DNA of 64,000 bases from Gemmatimonadales bacterium (GTDB taxonomy: Bacteria; Gemmatimonadota; Gemmatimonadetes; Gemmatimonadales; GWC2-71-9): assembly GCA_046757925.1 (NCBI GenBank), contig JBHHZE010000009.1, positions 6,095 through 70,094 of the forward strand, read 5' to 3'. Made by a program: the position numbers and the translations under genes. The notes beneath the pieces are model-generated. The model made no database searches. It was not told the origin of the DNA and saw only the letters and a list, made by a program, of their open reading frames with translations. Below are positions 55,323 to 64,000 of the stretch, one piece after another; position 1 is the stretch's first letter, and each line of letters begins with the position of its first letter.

Positions 55323-56597
55323 ATGAGAACACTCTTTGCCGCAGCAGTGGTCACAACATCATTGGCTGCCCAGCTCGATGGCCAAGCGAAGTCCGTGACG
55401 CTTGACGACGCACTGGAACTCGCGTTGCAAATCCAGCCAGCTATGGTCCAGGCGCGTGGTCAGATGACGAACGCCCGGATGTCGCGTCTTCAAGCATATG
55501 GCAATTGGATGCCAACCATAAATGCCACGTCGAGCGTCAGCACCAACTCGTCGCAGCGTTTCGACGCTGCCACACAGCGAACCGTATCGGGCTCCTCGAC
55601 ATCCTACTCCAGCGGCTTCAGCGCATCGATGACCGTGTTTGACGGATTCAGCAGATTGGCACAGAACCACGCCGCCAGCGCCGACTACGCCAGCGCCGAT
55701 GCGGCACTTGTGAACCAGAGCTTTCAGATCGTTCTACAGACGAAACAGGTGTACTACAGTGCGCTGGCGGCAGATGAACTGGTGCGGGTTGCAAATACCC
55801 GCATCAAGCGCTCCGACGAACAACTCAAGATCTCAAAGGAGAAGCTCGTCGCCGGCACGGCAACTCGTTCTGACACGCTGCGGTCGAGGGTTGAGCTCGC
55901 GAATGCACAGCTTCAACTGGTAAACGCCCAAACTCAGCAAGCGACGGCACAAGCCGATCTAGCACGCCTGATCGGCGTGGATGGCTCCGTAGGTGTTGTC
56001 GACGAGGATCGCTTCAGAAACTTCGTAGAGGTGGACACAAGCACCCTGAGACAAGAGGCACTGGCACGCTCACCGGTCATCGGTGCTGCAACAGCGGCTT
56101 CGAGGGCCGCAGATGCTCAAGTCGCGGTATCCCGGGCTCAGTTTTTTCCCACTGTATCGGCCTCATACCAAAGATCTTGGGCAGGCAATCAACTCTCCAG
56201 TCTGAGGCCAAGTTGGTCCGCAAGGCTCAACTTGTCGTGGCCGATCTTCAACGGTTTTTCTAGAGAGCTGACGCAGACCCGTAACGCCGTCGCTCGGGAT
56301 GCCGCCCGCGCACAGGCCGATGATGCCGTTCGCAACGTGAATGCCCAGCTCACTCAGTATCTGACGACACTTACGGCGGCGCGTACGCGACTCGAAATTG
56401 CTCGAGCAAACGAAGCTGCGTCCAGCGAGGACCTCAGAGTTCAGCGGGAGCGCTACCGGCTCGGAGCAGCCACGATCGTCGAGGTTCTGGACTCACAGAT
56501 CAATCTGGATCAGGCCGAAGTGGATATCGTACAGGCCCGCCTCGACTACTTGGTCGCGAAGGCCCAGATCGAAGCCCTCATCGGGAGAGAACTATGA
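55323..56597 (+). CDS. TolC-family outer membrane efflux protein
   Basis: Signal peptide ([17 protein letters not shown]) and two OEP repeats (...[22 protein letters not shown]...; ...[15 protein letters not shown]...) with long coiled coils. Confidence 0.85.
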   Translation: MRTLFAAAVVTTSLAAQLDGQAKSVTLDDALELALQIQPAMVQARGQMTNARMSRLQAYGNWMPTINATSSVSTNSSQRFDAATQRTVSGSSTSYSSGFSASMTVFDGFSRLAQNHAASADYASADAALVNQSFQIVLQTKQVYYSALAADELVRVANTRIKRSDEQLKISKEKLVAGTATRSDTLRSRVELANAQLQLVNAQTQQATAQADLARLIGVDGSVGVVDEDRFRNFVEVDTSTLRQEALARSPVIGAATAASRAADAQVAVSRAQFFPTVSASYQRSWAGNQLSSLRPSWSARLNLSWPIFNGFSRELTQTRNAVARDAARAQADDAVRNVNAQLTQYLTTLTAARTRLEIARANEAASSEDLRVQRERYRLGAATIVEVLDSQINLDQAEVDIVQARLDYLVAKAQIEALIGREL

Positions 56598-57337
56598 CCG
56601 TACCGCAGGCAACTGAGTTCCGCACCGGTGAAACCCCGGCAGAAGATGTGATCATCCTGACGCACAAGCTCACAAGGAACTACACGTTGGGCTCCGAAAC
56701 AGTGCACGCATTACGTCAAGTCGATCTCCAGATTCGCCGCAACGAGTTTACCTCCATCATGGGGCCGTCGGGATCCGGTAAGTCCACACTGATGAACCTG
56801 CTTGGATGTTTGGATACGCCGAGCGAGGGCGAGTACTGGCTAAACGGACAGAAGGTAAGTGAACTCAACGACGACCAGTTAGCACGCATCAGGAACAAAG
56901 AGATCGGCTTTGTGTTTCAGACATTCAACTTGTTGCCGCGGGCCACCTCCCTGCATAACGTAGAACTGCCGCTCATCTACGCAGGAATACCGGCAAGGAC
57001 TCGACGCGAATATGCGGAGTCGGCGTTGAATAAGGTAGGACTCGCCGACCGGATGGAGCACAAACCGACCGAGCTTTCGGGAGGCCAACGACAGCGGGTC
57101 GCCATCGCCAGGGCGCTGGTCAATAACCCCAGCATCGTCCTCGCGGATGAGCCGACCGGTAATCTGGACAGCGCGACGAGTGAGGAAATCATGAACGTCC
57201 TGGAGCACCTCCATGACGCTGGCCAGACCATCATTGTGATCACCCACGAGAGAGATATCGCGGCCCACGCAAACCGCCAGATTCAGCTACGCGACGGGCG
57301 GATCGAGCACGACATAATAACTGAGAGAACTGCATGA
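56594..57337 (+). CDS. ABC transporter ATP-binding protein (MacB-type)
   Basis: Walker [10 protein letters not shown], signature [13 protein letters not shown], Walker [12 protein letters not shown] and ITHE. Confidence 0.9.
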   Translation: MTVPQATEFRTGETPAEDVIILTHKLTRNYTLGSETVHALRQVDLQIRRNEFTSIMGPSGSGKSTLMNLLGCLDTPSEGEYWLNGQKVSELNDDQLARIRNKEIGFVFQTFNLLPRATSLHNVELPLIYAGIPARTRREYAESALNKVGLADRMEHKPTELSGGQRQRVAIARALVNNPSIVLADEPTGNLDSATSEEIMNVLEHLHDAGQTIIVITHERDIAAHANRQIQLRDGRIEHDIITERTA

Positions 57338-58836
57338 AAAACGCACTATTGATTCTCGGAATCATCGCACTTGCCGGCGTCGGCTACGCTAAGTATTACC
57401 GCCCGACCGAAGAGACCGAGGCACCGGTTTATCAAATGATCCCGGTCGCTAACCGAGACATAGTAGTCTCGGCGAGCGCGGCAGGAGAAATCGAGCCAAT
57501 AAAAACGGTTGAGGTCAAATCCAAGGCTTCAGGCGCCATCTTCGAAATGCGCGTCGAGACCGGAGATGAAGTGACTGCGGGAGAGCTACTATTGCGGGTA
57601 GATCCCCGAGTGCCCCGCAACAATTTGCGTCAAGCCCAGGCAGACTTGCAACTCGCCCAAGCCCAATTGGAGAACGCGGAGTCTCGACTCAAGCGCTCAG
57701 AGGAGCTCCACCAAACACAATCCATCACGGACCAAGAGTGGGAAGACGCGAAGCTTGCCGTTGCCAACGCCAACGCGGGATTGGTACGTGCACAGCGCCA
57801 GCTCGAAGACGCCAAGATCTCCTACGAGGACACCGATGTTAAGTCGCCGATTGACGGCATGGTGATCCAGAAGAACGTCGAGGAAGGAACGGTGATTTCA
57901 TCCGCCACCGGAAACGTGAGCGGCGGCGCCGTCCTGCTGCTGCTGGCCAACCTCGACACTGTGCAGGTACGCGCAATGGTAGATGAGACCGACATAGGAA
58001 AGATACACCCGGACCTGGAGGTCACTATCGGTGTCGACGCATACCCTAACCGGCCGTTTCAGGGGAAGGTCTTGAAAGTGGAGCCCCAGGCCACGGTCGA
58101 ACAGAACGTTACCATGTTTCCGGTTCTGGTCCGCATTCCCAATGATGGCGGACTGCTGCGACCGGGTATGAATACCGAGGTGGACGTCCACATCGGACGT
58201 CGTGAGGGTGTCGTTGCGGTCCCCAATGCCGCACTTCGTACGGAGAGAGACATAGCATCAGCCGCCGAGGTGCTCGGGCTGGATATCAATGACGTCCGGG
58301 CGAAGATAGCGGCCGCCCGGAACGGAACCAGGCCCGGCGGAGAGGCATCCCTGGCCGGCAGAGCCACCGAAAAACCTGCGTCCGACGAGCACAGTATAAC
58401 GACGCCCGACGGACGGGAAATAACGCTGCCTGAGGGAGTGACTGTCAAGCAAGCCACAGCCTTGTTCGCGAAACTGAGAGGTGGCGGCGGGTTCCAGAGC
58501 CTGAGTTCCCAGGATCGCGCGCTGCTGCGGAAGATGCGCGCCAATCGCGGAGGACGAGGTGGCGGACGCAGGGAAAACCAACACAGCTCGGGCACGGACG
58601 CCAACCTCTTCGGCGGCAATTACATAGTGTTTGCGCTGCGCAACGGGGTGCCGACTCCTGCCCCGATCCGCACCGGTCTCACAGACCTCGATTATTCTGA
58701 AGTGATGTCTGGCCTGGCGGTTGGCGACACGGTCCTTGTGCTGCCAAGCGCGAGCCTACTTGCAAGCCAGCAACAATTGGCGGAGCGCATCAATCGGATA
58801 CGCGGTCGCGGATTACCGGGAGTACAACGGCGGTAG
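57334..58836 (+). CDS. Efflux periplasmic adaptor subunit (MacA/HlyD family) with a basic Gly/Arg-rich insert
   Basis: N-terminal TM, a lipoyl motif (...[25 protein letters not shown]), a coiled-coil hairpin and a beta-barrel. It has an unusual C-proximal segment ...[22 protein letters not shown]. Confidence 0.8.
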   Translation: MKNALLILGIIALAGVGYAKYYRPTEETEAPVYQMIPVANRDIVVSASAAGEIEPIKTVEVKSKASGAIFEMRVETGDEVTAGELLLRVDPRVPRNNLRQAQADLQLAQAQLENAESRLKRSEELHQTQSITDQEWEDAKLAVANANAGLVRAQRQLEDAKISYEDTDVKSPIDGMVIQKNVEEGTVISSATGNVSGGAVLLLLANLDTVQVRAMVDETDIGKIHPDLEVTIGVDAYPNRPFQGKVLKVEPQATVEQNVTMFPVLVRIPNDGGLLRPGMNTEVDVHIGRREGVVAVPNAALRTERDIASAAEVLGLDINDVRAKIAAARNGTRPGGEASLAGRATEKPASDEHSITTPDGREITLPEGVTVKQATALFAKLRGGGGFQSLSSQDRALLRKMRANRGGRGGGRRENQHSSGTDANLFGGNYIVFALRNGVPTPAPIRTGLTDLDYSEVMSGLAVGDTVLVLPSASLLASQQQLAERINRIRGRGLPGVQRR

Positions 58837-58872
58837 TTATGCCGACTGACCTAGTCACGGGAAGGAACAGCC

Positions 58873-60084
58873 ATGCTTTTCGGTGAAACCATTTGGGTAG
58901 CGCTTGCAGCGATTCGAGCGAACAAACTCCGTTCCCTGCTCACGATGCTGGGCATCGTTATCGGTGTTGGGGCAGTGATAACAATGGTGGCCCTTGGTAC
59001 CGGGGCACAAAAGGCCGTGCAAGATCAAATTGAATCGCTGGGAACAAACCTCCTGCAGATTCGGGCCGGTCAATCCCTCAGACATGGCATAGCTAGTGCA
59101 AATCGTGTCAGTTTGAAAACGGATGATGCAAAGGCCCTCGTGGACGCTCGAGGTATCACTGCAATCATCCCCGAACTATCACAGAATCAACAGGTCAAGT
59201 TCGGAAATCAAAACATCAACGTCAACATCAACGGTACTGTTCCCGCATTCGTTCCGGTCAATAACTACGAGATCGAAGCCGGCCGCATGTTCACGGCCGG
59301 CGATGGCAGCGCCCGAAAGCGCGTTGCGGTCGTGGGATACGCGGTACCTGACATGCTCAACTCCAACCGCGTCGCCATGATCGGACAGACAATCGCGATC
59401 CGCGGCATTCCATTTGAGATCATAGGTGTCCTCAAGGAGAAGGGCTCCACAAACAGCTGGAATAACCCGGACGAGCAGATCCTGATTCCATTGGAGACAG
59501 CCCAACACCGCATATTCGGTACGGACCGAGTTCGCGCCATAACGGTTCAGGTAGCGCATCCGGACTCAATGACCATAGCCATGATAGAGATCGAGCGCGT
59601 GCTTAGACGCGAGCATGCAATCGCCCCTGGCAAGGACAACGATTTCAACATCACCAACCGGAGCGAGTTTCTCGCTACGTTCGAGGAAACGACCCAGACA
59701 TTCACATTCTTGCTCGGCGGTATCGCTGCCGTCAGCCTTCTAGTGGGCGGAATTGGGATCATGAACATCATGCTCGTTTCCGTCACGGAGCGTACCCGGG
59801 AAATCGGCGTGCGCAAGGCGCTCGGCGCTACGCGTGCAAACATTATGTTGCAGTTCCTCGTCGAGGCGCTCGTGCTCTGCATGTTGGGAGGCGTCATCGG
59901 GATCATCGCGGGATCCGGCGGTGCAATTGCACTCTCTCGATTGGCAAACTGGAACACCCTGGTATCCGCTAATGCAGTTGTAGTGGCATTCATATTCAGC
60001 GCCGCAATCGGAATCTTCTTTGGGCTCTGGCCGGCGCGCAGGGCCGCAAGACTCGATCCCATTGAGGCTCTACGATACGAGTAG
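58873..60084 (+). CDS. ABC transporter permease (MacB_PCD plus FtsX domain)
   Basis: 403 aa. The N-terminus is ...ALAAIRANKLRSLLTMLGIVIGVGAVI, followed by a periplasmic domain. The FtsX region reads ...TREIGVRKALGATRANIMLQFLVEA. Confidence 0.9.
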   Translation: MLFGETIWVALAAIRANKLRSLLTMLGIVIGVGAVITMVALGTGAQKAVQDQIESLGTNLLQIRAGQSLRHGIASANRVSLKTDDAKALVDARGITAIIPELSQNQQVKFGNQNINVNINGTVPAFVPVNNYEIEAGRMFTAGDGSARKRVAVVGYAVPDMLNSNRVAMIGQTIAIRGIPFEIIGVLKEKGSTNSWNNPDEQILIPLETAQHRIFGTDRVRAITVQVAHPDSMTIAMIEIERVLRREHAIAPGKDNDFNITNRSEFLATFEETTQTFTFLLGGIAAVSLLVGGIGIMNIMLVSVTERTREIGVRKALGATRANIMLQFLVEALVLCMLGGVIGIIAGSGGAIALSRLANWNTLVSANAVVVAFIFSAAIGIFFGLWPARRAARLDPIEALRYE

Positions 60085-60114
60085 CCTGGTACACCAGAGG
60101 GCAGAGAGACGACA

Positions 60115-60774
60115 ATGAAAACTGTTGAGCAAACGACAAGAGCAATATCCGCGTTGCAACGAGTTGCGGTAACAACACTGTCTGCATTGAGCGCCATAGT
60201 GATGCTCTCGGCAGCCACGCAGAGCGGCAGGCTCGCCGTACAAACACCGAGCTTTGTCGGCAAGTGGCACTTGAACGCCGCAAAAAGCGACGATGCGCGG
60301 CAGAAGATGCGGGAAATGTTTCAGAGTGGTGGGGGATTCGGTGGACGCCGCGGTGGTGGAGGCGGTGGACGAGGAGGCGGCCGCGGTGGATTCGGTGGCG
60401 GTGGGCGCGGCGGCGGTGTGGAACAGCAACGTTCCAATCCGATGCGAGTGGCAATGCGGGCCGCGCAATACCTTGACATCTCGCAAGACGACAACGTCGT
60501 CAAGATCGGCTATGGCGGCGACAGCGTCCGTACACTTCAGACCGACGGCCAGAAGATCGGGTTCGGAGAAGGACGTCGAAAAGGCGAGATCAAGTCCCAC
60601 TGGAAGGGCGACAAGCTGATCGTCGAGACCAAGATGGAAGGTGGTACCAAGATTACGGAGACATACGAACTCAAGGATGAGGGCGAACATCTGCAGATCA
60701 AGGTGCGTATCGAGAACCTGCGATTTCCACGACCCCTCGAAATCAAGCGCATCTACGACCACACGACGTCGTAG
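60115..60774 (+). CDS. Secreted hypothetical protein with a 30-residue Gly/Arg (RGG-type) tract inserted in a lipocalin-like beta domain
   Basis: Signal-like N-terminus (VAVTTLSALSAIVMLSAA), then FVGKWHLNAAKSDD. The tract GGGFGGRRGGGGGGRGGGRGGFGGGGRGGG lies at nt 60328-60417. A beta-rich C-terminus follows (...KSHWKGDKLIVETKMEGGTKITETYELKDEGEHLQIKVRIE). Confidence 0.55.
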   Translation: MKTVEQTTRAISALQRVAVTTLSALSAIVMLSAATQSGRLAVQTPSFVGKWHLNAAKSDDARQKMREMFQSGGGFGGRRGGGGGGRGGGRGGFGGGGRGGGVEQQRSNPMRVAMRAAQYLDISQDDNVVKIGYGGDSVRTLQTDGQKIGFGEGRRKGEIKSHWKGDKLIVETKMEGGTKITETYELKDEGEHLQIKVRIENLRFPRPLEIKRIYDHTTS

Positions 60775-60800
60775 CGAGTCACGTCCAGGCCCAATGACCT

Positions 60801-60829
60801 CGGGGACTTCGACAACGTCGGAGTCCCCG
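60801..60829 (+). terminator. Strong 13-bp hairpin between the RGG-protein gene and thrB
   Basis: CGGGGACTTCGAC-AAC-GTCGGAGTCCCCG forms 13 pairs including one G-U, with a 3-nt loop. It is followed by TACTACTTTAT, and the thrB ATG lies 10 nt after the hairpin. Confidence 0.45.
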
Positions 60830-60838
60830 TACTACTTT

Positions 60839-61699
60839 ATGTGTATGCCTCCCATAGCTGCTCGCGTACCTGCATCGACATCCAACCTGGGCGCCGGATT
60901 CGACTGCCTGGGACTGGCTCTGGATATCCGGCTGGAAGCGAGAATCGTCCGTGGTGCCGGTCCTGCCCGCTATACCGGTACATTGGAAGGCTTGAAGGAG
61001 GAGGACGATCTAATCCTCGCGGCCCTGGGACACACGATGCCCCAAGACCATCACCTGGAAGCGCACTCCGAAATACCCGTCAGCCGCGGGCTCGGATCGT
61101 CTGCCGCAGCTACCGTTGCAGGTTTGGCCCTTGCACAGGTACTGAAGGGACAACAGCTCGACCGCCGCGCATTGTTCGACCAAGCGCGCCAGATCGAGGG
61201 CCATCCGGACAACGTAGGACCCGCAGTATTCGGCTGCCTACTCCTCGCAACCGCACAACCGACATGTCTTCAGTTGCACGCTTCACTCGGCATCGCTCTC
61301 GCGGTCCCAGAACAACGCGTCGGCACCTTGCATGCCCGCTCGATTCTACCGGACCGGCTCACGCGTGAGGACACGATTGCCCAGGCCGCTGGAGCAGCTG
61401 CACTGATCGTTGGCCTGACATCGGGAGATCCCAGCCTCATTGGACAAGGAATGATTGACCGCATTGCGGTGCCGCTCAGGCGAAGATTGATAACTGGCTT
61501 CGACGGTGCAGTAGAAGCGGGCCACGCCGCCGGAGCCTATGGGGTGACTATCTCGGGATCGGGCTCGACCTTGGTCGGCGTCTGTGAATCCGGTTCCACT
61601 CAAACAGTGGCACGTGCGATGGCCGAAGCATTGACCGAGTCGGGGAACGCGGCGACGCCACTGGCACCAGGGGTTTCCAGGGCCGGCGTCGAGGTCTAG
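60839..61699 (+). CDS. thrB: Homoserine kinase
   Basis: PASTSNLGAGFDCLGLAL and the GHMP motif PVSRGLGSSAAATVAG. The ATG at 60839 is chosen; the ORF is open from 60641 and overlaps the upstream gene. Confidence 0.85.
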   Translation: MCMPPIAARVPASTSNLGAGFDCLGLALDIRLEARIVRGAGPARYTGTLEGLKEEDDLILAALGHTMPQDHHLEAHSEIPVSRGLGSSAAATVAGLALAQVLKGQQLDRRALFDQARQIEGHPDNVGPAVFGCLLLATAQPTCLQLHASLGIALAVPEQRVGTLHARSILPDRLTREDTIAQAAGAAALIVGLTSGDPSLIGQGMIDRIAVPLRRRLITGFDGAVEAGHAAGAYGVTISGSGSTLVGVCESGSTQTVARAMAEALTESGNAATPLAPGVSRAGVEV

Positions 61700-61760
61700 T
61701 TCCTAGCAGGAAAAGGAAAACGGGTGGGTGAAATGTGAAAGGCCAAACACTTAGGACGCG

Positions 61761-62327
61761 CTACTCTTCCAGCCACTCAAGCAACTTCTCGATCTGACGC
61801 CCGTGGTGCTTGCAGTGCACGAAGTGAAATCTCACCCACTCGGGCAGGTTGAGATCTCCCATGATGGGGTGGCGGAGAAACACCTCTAGTTGTCGTTCCT
61901 CGGGCCATTGCTCGAGCAATACCCTGGTTCGCTCCACACCCATCCGGAAGCGTGCGGTGATCTGTTCACGGTCAGGGCCCTCGCTAGGTCGCGTGTAGTC
62001 CGGTGCTTCCATACCCGCAGGAAGTTTACCCGGACCCAAGAGCATATGGCGCACCACCGACTGGCTCGGTGTAGCTCTACGCTCCATGCCGGTCTTCTCA
62101 GCCCGCGCCTCAAACCCTGTTGCCACTAGATCCATAGATATTGCGAGGTGTTCCACAACTTGAGCCACATTCCATTTCCCGTCAGGAGATCGGTACCAAT
62201 CATCCTCCTTCAGATCTGCGACCGGATCGAGTACGATGGGCTCCAAGCCGGACAGCTGCCGTTGAACTTTCAATTCTCCACCTCCGTCAAGTAGACCCCA
62301 TAGGAAGATACATCCCCGGTCACCCAA
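61761..62327 (-). CDS. DinB-family protein
   Basis: WNVAQVVEHLAISMDL... and ...VRFHFVHCKHHGRQIEKLL carry the His-triad pattern of a DinB_2-type four-helix bundle. The start is uncertain. Confidence 0.6.
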   Translation of the reverse strand: MGDRGCIFLWGLLDGGGELKVQRQLSGLEPIVLDPVADLKEDDWYRSPDGKWNVAQVVEHLAISMDLVATGFEARAEKTGMERRATPSQSVVRHMLLGPGKLPAGMEAPDYTRPSEGPDREQITARFRMGVERTRVLLEQWPEERQLEVFLRHPIMGDLNLPEWVRFHFVHCKHHGRQIEKLLEWLEE

Positions 62328-62637
62328 GTTCGCAATCGTCTATGGCGTCGATTATCGAGCTGAATAACTTGGCCTTGTCGGTCAGCTCGCCTGTTACCGG
62401 ATCGGACTTGATGTACCACTGGCACATCTCCGCCATCGCCATCGCATCGTCATCGGTCAGAGTGACGAGGAACGCATCACCGTCCTCGCGCGCGCCACTA
62501 ACAGCCTTTGTGAGATTGTCCGGCATTTCCGGCGTCTGCTCGAGTGCCTCGATCATGGTCCTAGTCATAGGAACTTCCATAGCTGCTCTCTCCCATTGAA
62601 TCTGCGCGCTGGTCTCGGAGACCTGAATGGTACCCAC
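62320..62637 (-). CDS. Small acidic hypothetical protein
   Basis: 105-aa ORF (or shorter, if it starts at MEVPMTRTMIEAL). It is acidic (..LTDDDAMAMAEMCQWYIKSDPVTGELTD..) and I recognise no motif. Confidence 0.4.
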   Translation of the reverse strand: MGTIQVSETSAQIQWERAAMEVPMTRTMIEALEQTPEMPDNLTKAVSGAREDGDAFLVTLTDDDAMAMAEMCQWYIKSDPVTGELTDKAKLFSSIIDAIDDCELG

Positions 62638-62849
62638 TGCACCGAGCTACCGGCAATCGGGGATACTTGGGAAACCGAGAATCGACGCGTGACAAACCGC
62701 ACAGGCGGAAGACCGAGCCCTTAGCGCTGGTGATCACTCGGCTGTGCAGGCAGTCCGCGCAGAGGCCTGCTGTCGGGTTTCGGCCGGTAGGTGACACAAT
62801 TGAAACGTGCCGTCGCGCACGGCAAGTTGCAAGGTTAGATTTGAGTACT

Positions 62850-63089
62850 ATGAGCGATGTCAACTGCGTGAAATGTGGGCAAACAAAGGCCCAGCTGGCA
62901 GCACCCCCATTGCCCAACGACCTGGGAAACAAGATCTACGACTCCATTTGTCAGCTCTGCTGGGCTGATTGGCTCAAGCAACAGACAGCCATTATCAACC
63001 ACTACGCGCTGGACCTGCGAAACCCGGAGGCGCGCCAGATGCTGATGGAACAGACGGAGACCTTCCTGTTTGGCCAGCCGACATCCTGA
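62850..63089 (+). CDS. yggX: Fe(2+)-trafficking / oxidative-damage protection protein YggX
   Basis: MSDVNCVKCGQTKAQLAAPPLPNDLGNKIYDSICQLCWADWLKQQTAIINHYALDLRNPEARQMLMEQTETFLFGQ is colinear with E. coli YggX (…[29 protein letters not shown]…FLFEG). Confidence 0.8.
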   Translation: MSDVNCVKCGQTKAQLAAPPLPNDLGNKIYDSICQLCWADWLKQQTAIINHYALDLRNPEARQMLMEQTETFLFGQPTS

Positions 63090-63612
63090 TACGCCCTACC
63101 GCCGTCGCCCCATAAGCCTCGTCGTGAACGGCGAACGTACGGAGGTCGCGTTCGCGGCACACAAGACCTTGCTCGAGGTGCTGCGCGAAGATCTGCGGCT
63201 GACCGGCACGAAACACGGCTGCGAGTTGGGGGAATGCGGGACCTGCACCGTACTGCTTGACGGACAACCGATACTAAGTTGCCTGGTCCTAGGACTGGCC
63301 TGCGATGGGAAGGATGTCAAAACCGTAGAAGGGATGGCACGGGGCCCCACACTGCACCCGTTGCAGGAAACGTTCGCTGAGTTGGGTGCCGCACAGTGCG
63401 GCTACTGCACACCGGGGTTTCTACTCGCGGCGGAAGCCCTGCTCGAAGAAGATCCCTCGCCGACGCGCGACAAGATCAAAGACGCACTGGCCGGCAATCT
63501 GTGTCGCTGTACGGGCTACATCAAAATCTACGAAGCGGTCGAACTGGCGGCTGCGCGTATGCGCGGAGAGGCAGCGGAACCGGCGCGCGAAATCAGCTAT
63601 GGCAAACAGTAA
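63070..63612 (+). CDS. (2Fe-2S)-binding small subunit of a molybdo-hydroxylase (CoxS/XdhC-iron-sulfur type)
   Basis: LVVNGERTEV..., the first cluster CELGECGTCTV, and the second cluster QCGYCTPG...CRCTGY. The start is uncertain (TTG at 63070 overlaps yggX). Confidence 0.85.
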   Translation: MASRHPDTPYRRRPISLVVNGERTEVAFAAHKTLLEVLREDLRLTGTKHGCELGECGTCTVLLDGQPILSCLVLGLACDGKDVKTVEGMARGPTLHPLQETFAELGAAQCGYCTPGFLLAAEALLEEDPSPTRDKIKDALAGNLCRCTGYIKIYEAVELAAARMRGEAAEPAREISYGKQ

Positions 63613-64000
63613 CGGAGACTCACTCCGCGTAGTTGGCCATGCCCAGCGCAAGGTCGACGCAACCAACAAGGTCACCGGCCGCACCCTGTTCGCCGACGAT
63701 CTGACCCTACCACGCATGCTGTACGCGAAGTTGCTGCGCAGCCCGCATCCCCACGCCAGGATCGTGAACATCGACGTATCCAGAGCCACGGCTTTGGATG
63801 GAGTCAAACGGGTGCTGGTGGGCAAAGACCTACCCATCCCGTTTGGGATCCTCCCCGTAAGTGAGGACGAGCACGCGCTCGCACCCGACAAGGTGAGGTT
63901 CATTGGAGACCCTGTTGCGGCTGTTGCGGCCATCGCGGAAGAAGTCGCGACCGCGGCGATCGAGTTGATCGACGTCGAGTATGAGATGCTCGATCACATT
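63599..64000 (+). CDS. Molybdopterin-dependent hydroxylase large subunit, N-terminal fragment running off the window
   Basis: MANSNGDSLRVVGHAQRKVDATNKVTGRTLFADDLTLPRMLYAKLLRSPHPHARIVNIDVS... matches the Ald_Xan_dh N-terminal pattern. It overlaps the stop of the small subunit gene. Confidence 0.85.
   Translation, partial: MANSNGDSLRVVGHAQRKVDATNKVTGRTLFADDLTLPRMLYAKLLRSPHPHARIVNIDVSRATALDGVKRVLVGKDLPIPFGILPVSEDEHALAPDKVRFIGDPVAAVAAIAEEVATAAIELIDVEYEMLDHI

Noticed and set aside
60070-60762. Minus-strand ORFs including a poly-proline peptide (60321-60503, PPPRPPPPNPPRPPP...).
   Set aside because: They are the antisense reading of the GGN/CGN codons of the RGG tract. The plus-strand frame has a signal peptide and a structured beta domain, so it is the real gene.
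62561-62932. A 123-aa minus-strand ORF spanning the gap between the acidic protein gene and yggX.
   Set aside because: It overlaps the yggX start and the 62320-62637 gene, is Arg/Ser/Cys-rich and has no motif. The region more likely holds the yggX promoter. A small hairpin, TGCCGT-CGCGC-ACGGCA near 62808-62824, was noted but is too weak to call.
1-64000. A search for CRISPR arrays, tRNA or rRNA genes, transposases, integrases, phage genes, restriction-modification systems or known defence-system genes.
   Set aside because: I found no spaced direct repeats, cloverleaf-like intergenic sequences, DDE, tyrosine or serine recombinase motifs, or helicase, nuclease or methylase combinations. The only tandem repeat is the coding 33-mer at 434-565. 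The window looks like core chromosome rather than a mobile or defence island.

Overview
This is a high-GC (roughly 60%) bacterial chromosomal segment, densely coding, with about 60 CDS. I saw no rRNA, tRNA, CRISPR array, transposase or integrase. Gene content hints at a Gemmatimonadota- or Acidobacteriota-like organism (DUF2911, PDZ-tailed M28 peptidases, split MacAB-type ABC exporters, an ECF sigma plus LTXXQ module). That taxonomic guess is inference from family content, not a search result.

Recognisable housekeeping genes:
- a Kgd/OdhA-type fused 2-oxoglutarate dehydrogenase, followed by yggT and DUF167
- metH plus a fused homocysteine-methyltransferase/MTHFR gene plus a second MTHFR-like paralogue
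- thrB, asnB, nth, PolX and a GT39 glycosyltransferase
- SCO and CtaG cytochrome oxidase assembly factors, and an OPT transporter
- several peptidases (M28, M42, S41)
- yggX and the start of a molybdo-hydroxylase operon

The parts most worth a second look are function-unknown envelope modules:
1. 22936-25832: a translationally coupled four-gene set encoding a His/Cys-rich secreted protein, an outer-membrane beta-barrel, a 4-TM HxH protein and an RnfG/NqrC-like FMN_bind protein.
2. 25837-32579: a membrane protein, DUF4129, DUF4350, MoxR and DUF58 operon, read divergently from an RDD-SpoIIM fusion gene.
3. 7227-10001: a BchI/ChlI-like AAA+ plus VWA pair with no chelatase partner.
4. 37107-39879: a minor-pilin operon behind a near-consensus sigma-54 promoter.

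Smaller observations:
- a 33-bp tandem repeat encoding an 11-residue coiled-coil repeat
- a probable internally deleted M28-PDZ peptidase remnant
- a secreted protein with an RGG-type Gly/Arg tract
- a terminator/antiterminator-like leader in front of metH
- several perfect palindromes in promoter regions

All functional calls come from reading motifs in the supplied translations. No database search was possible, and most start codons are uncertain by a few codons.
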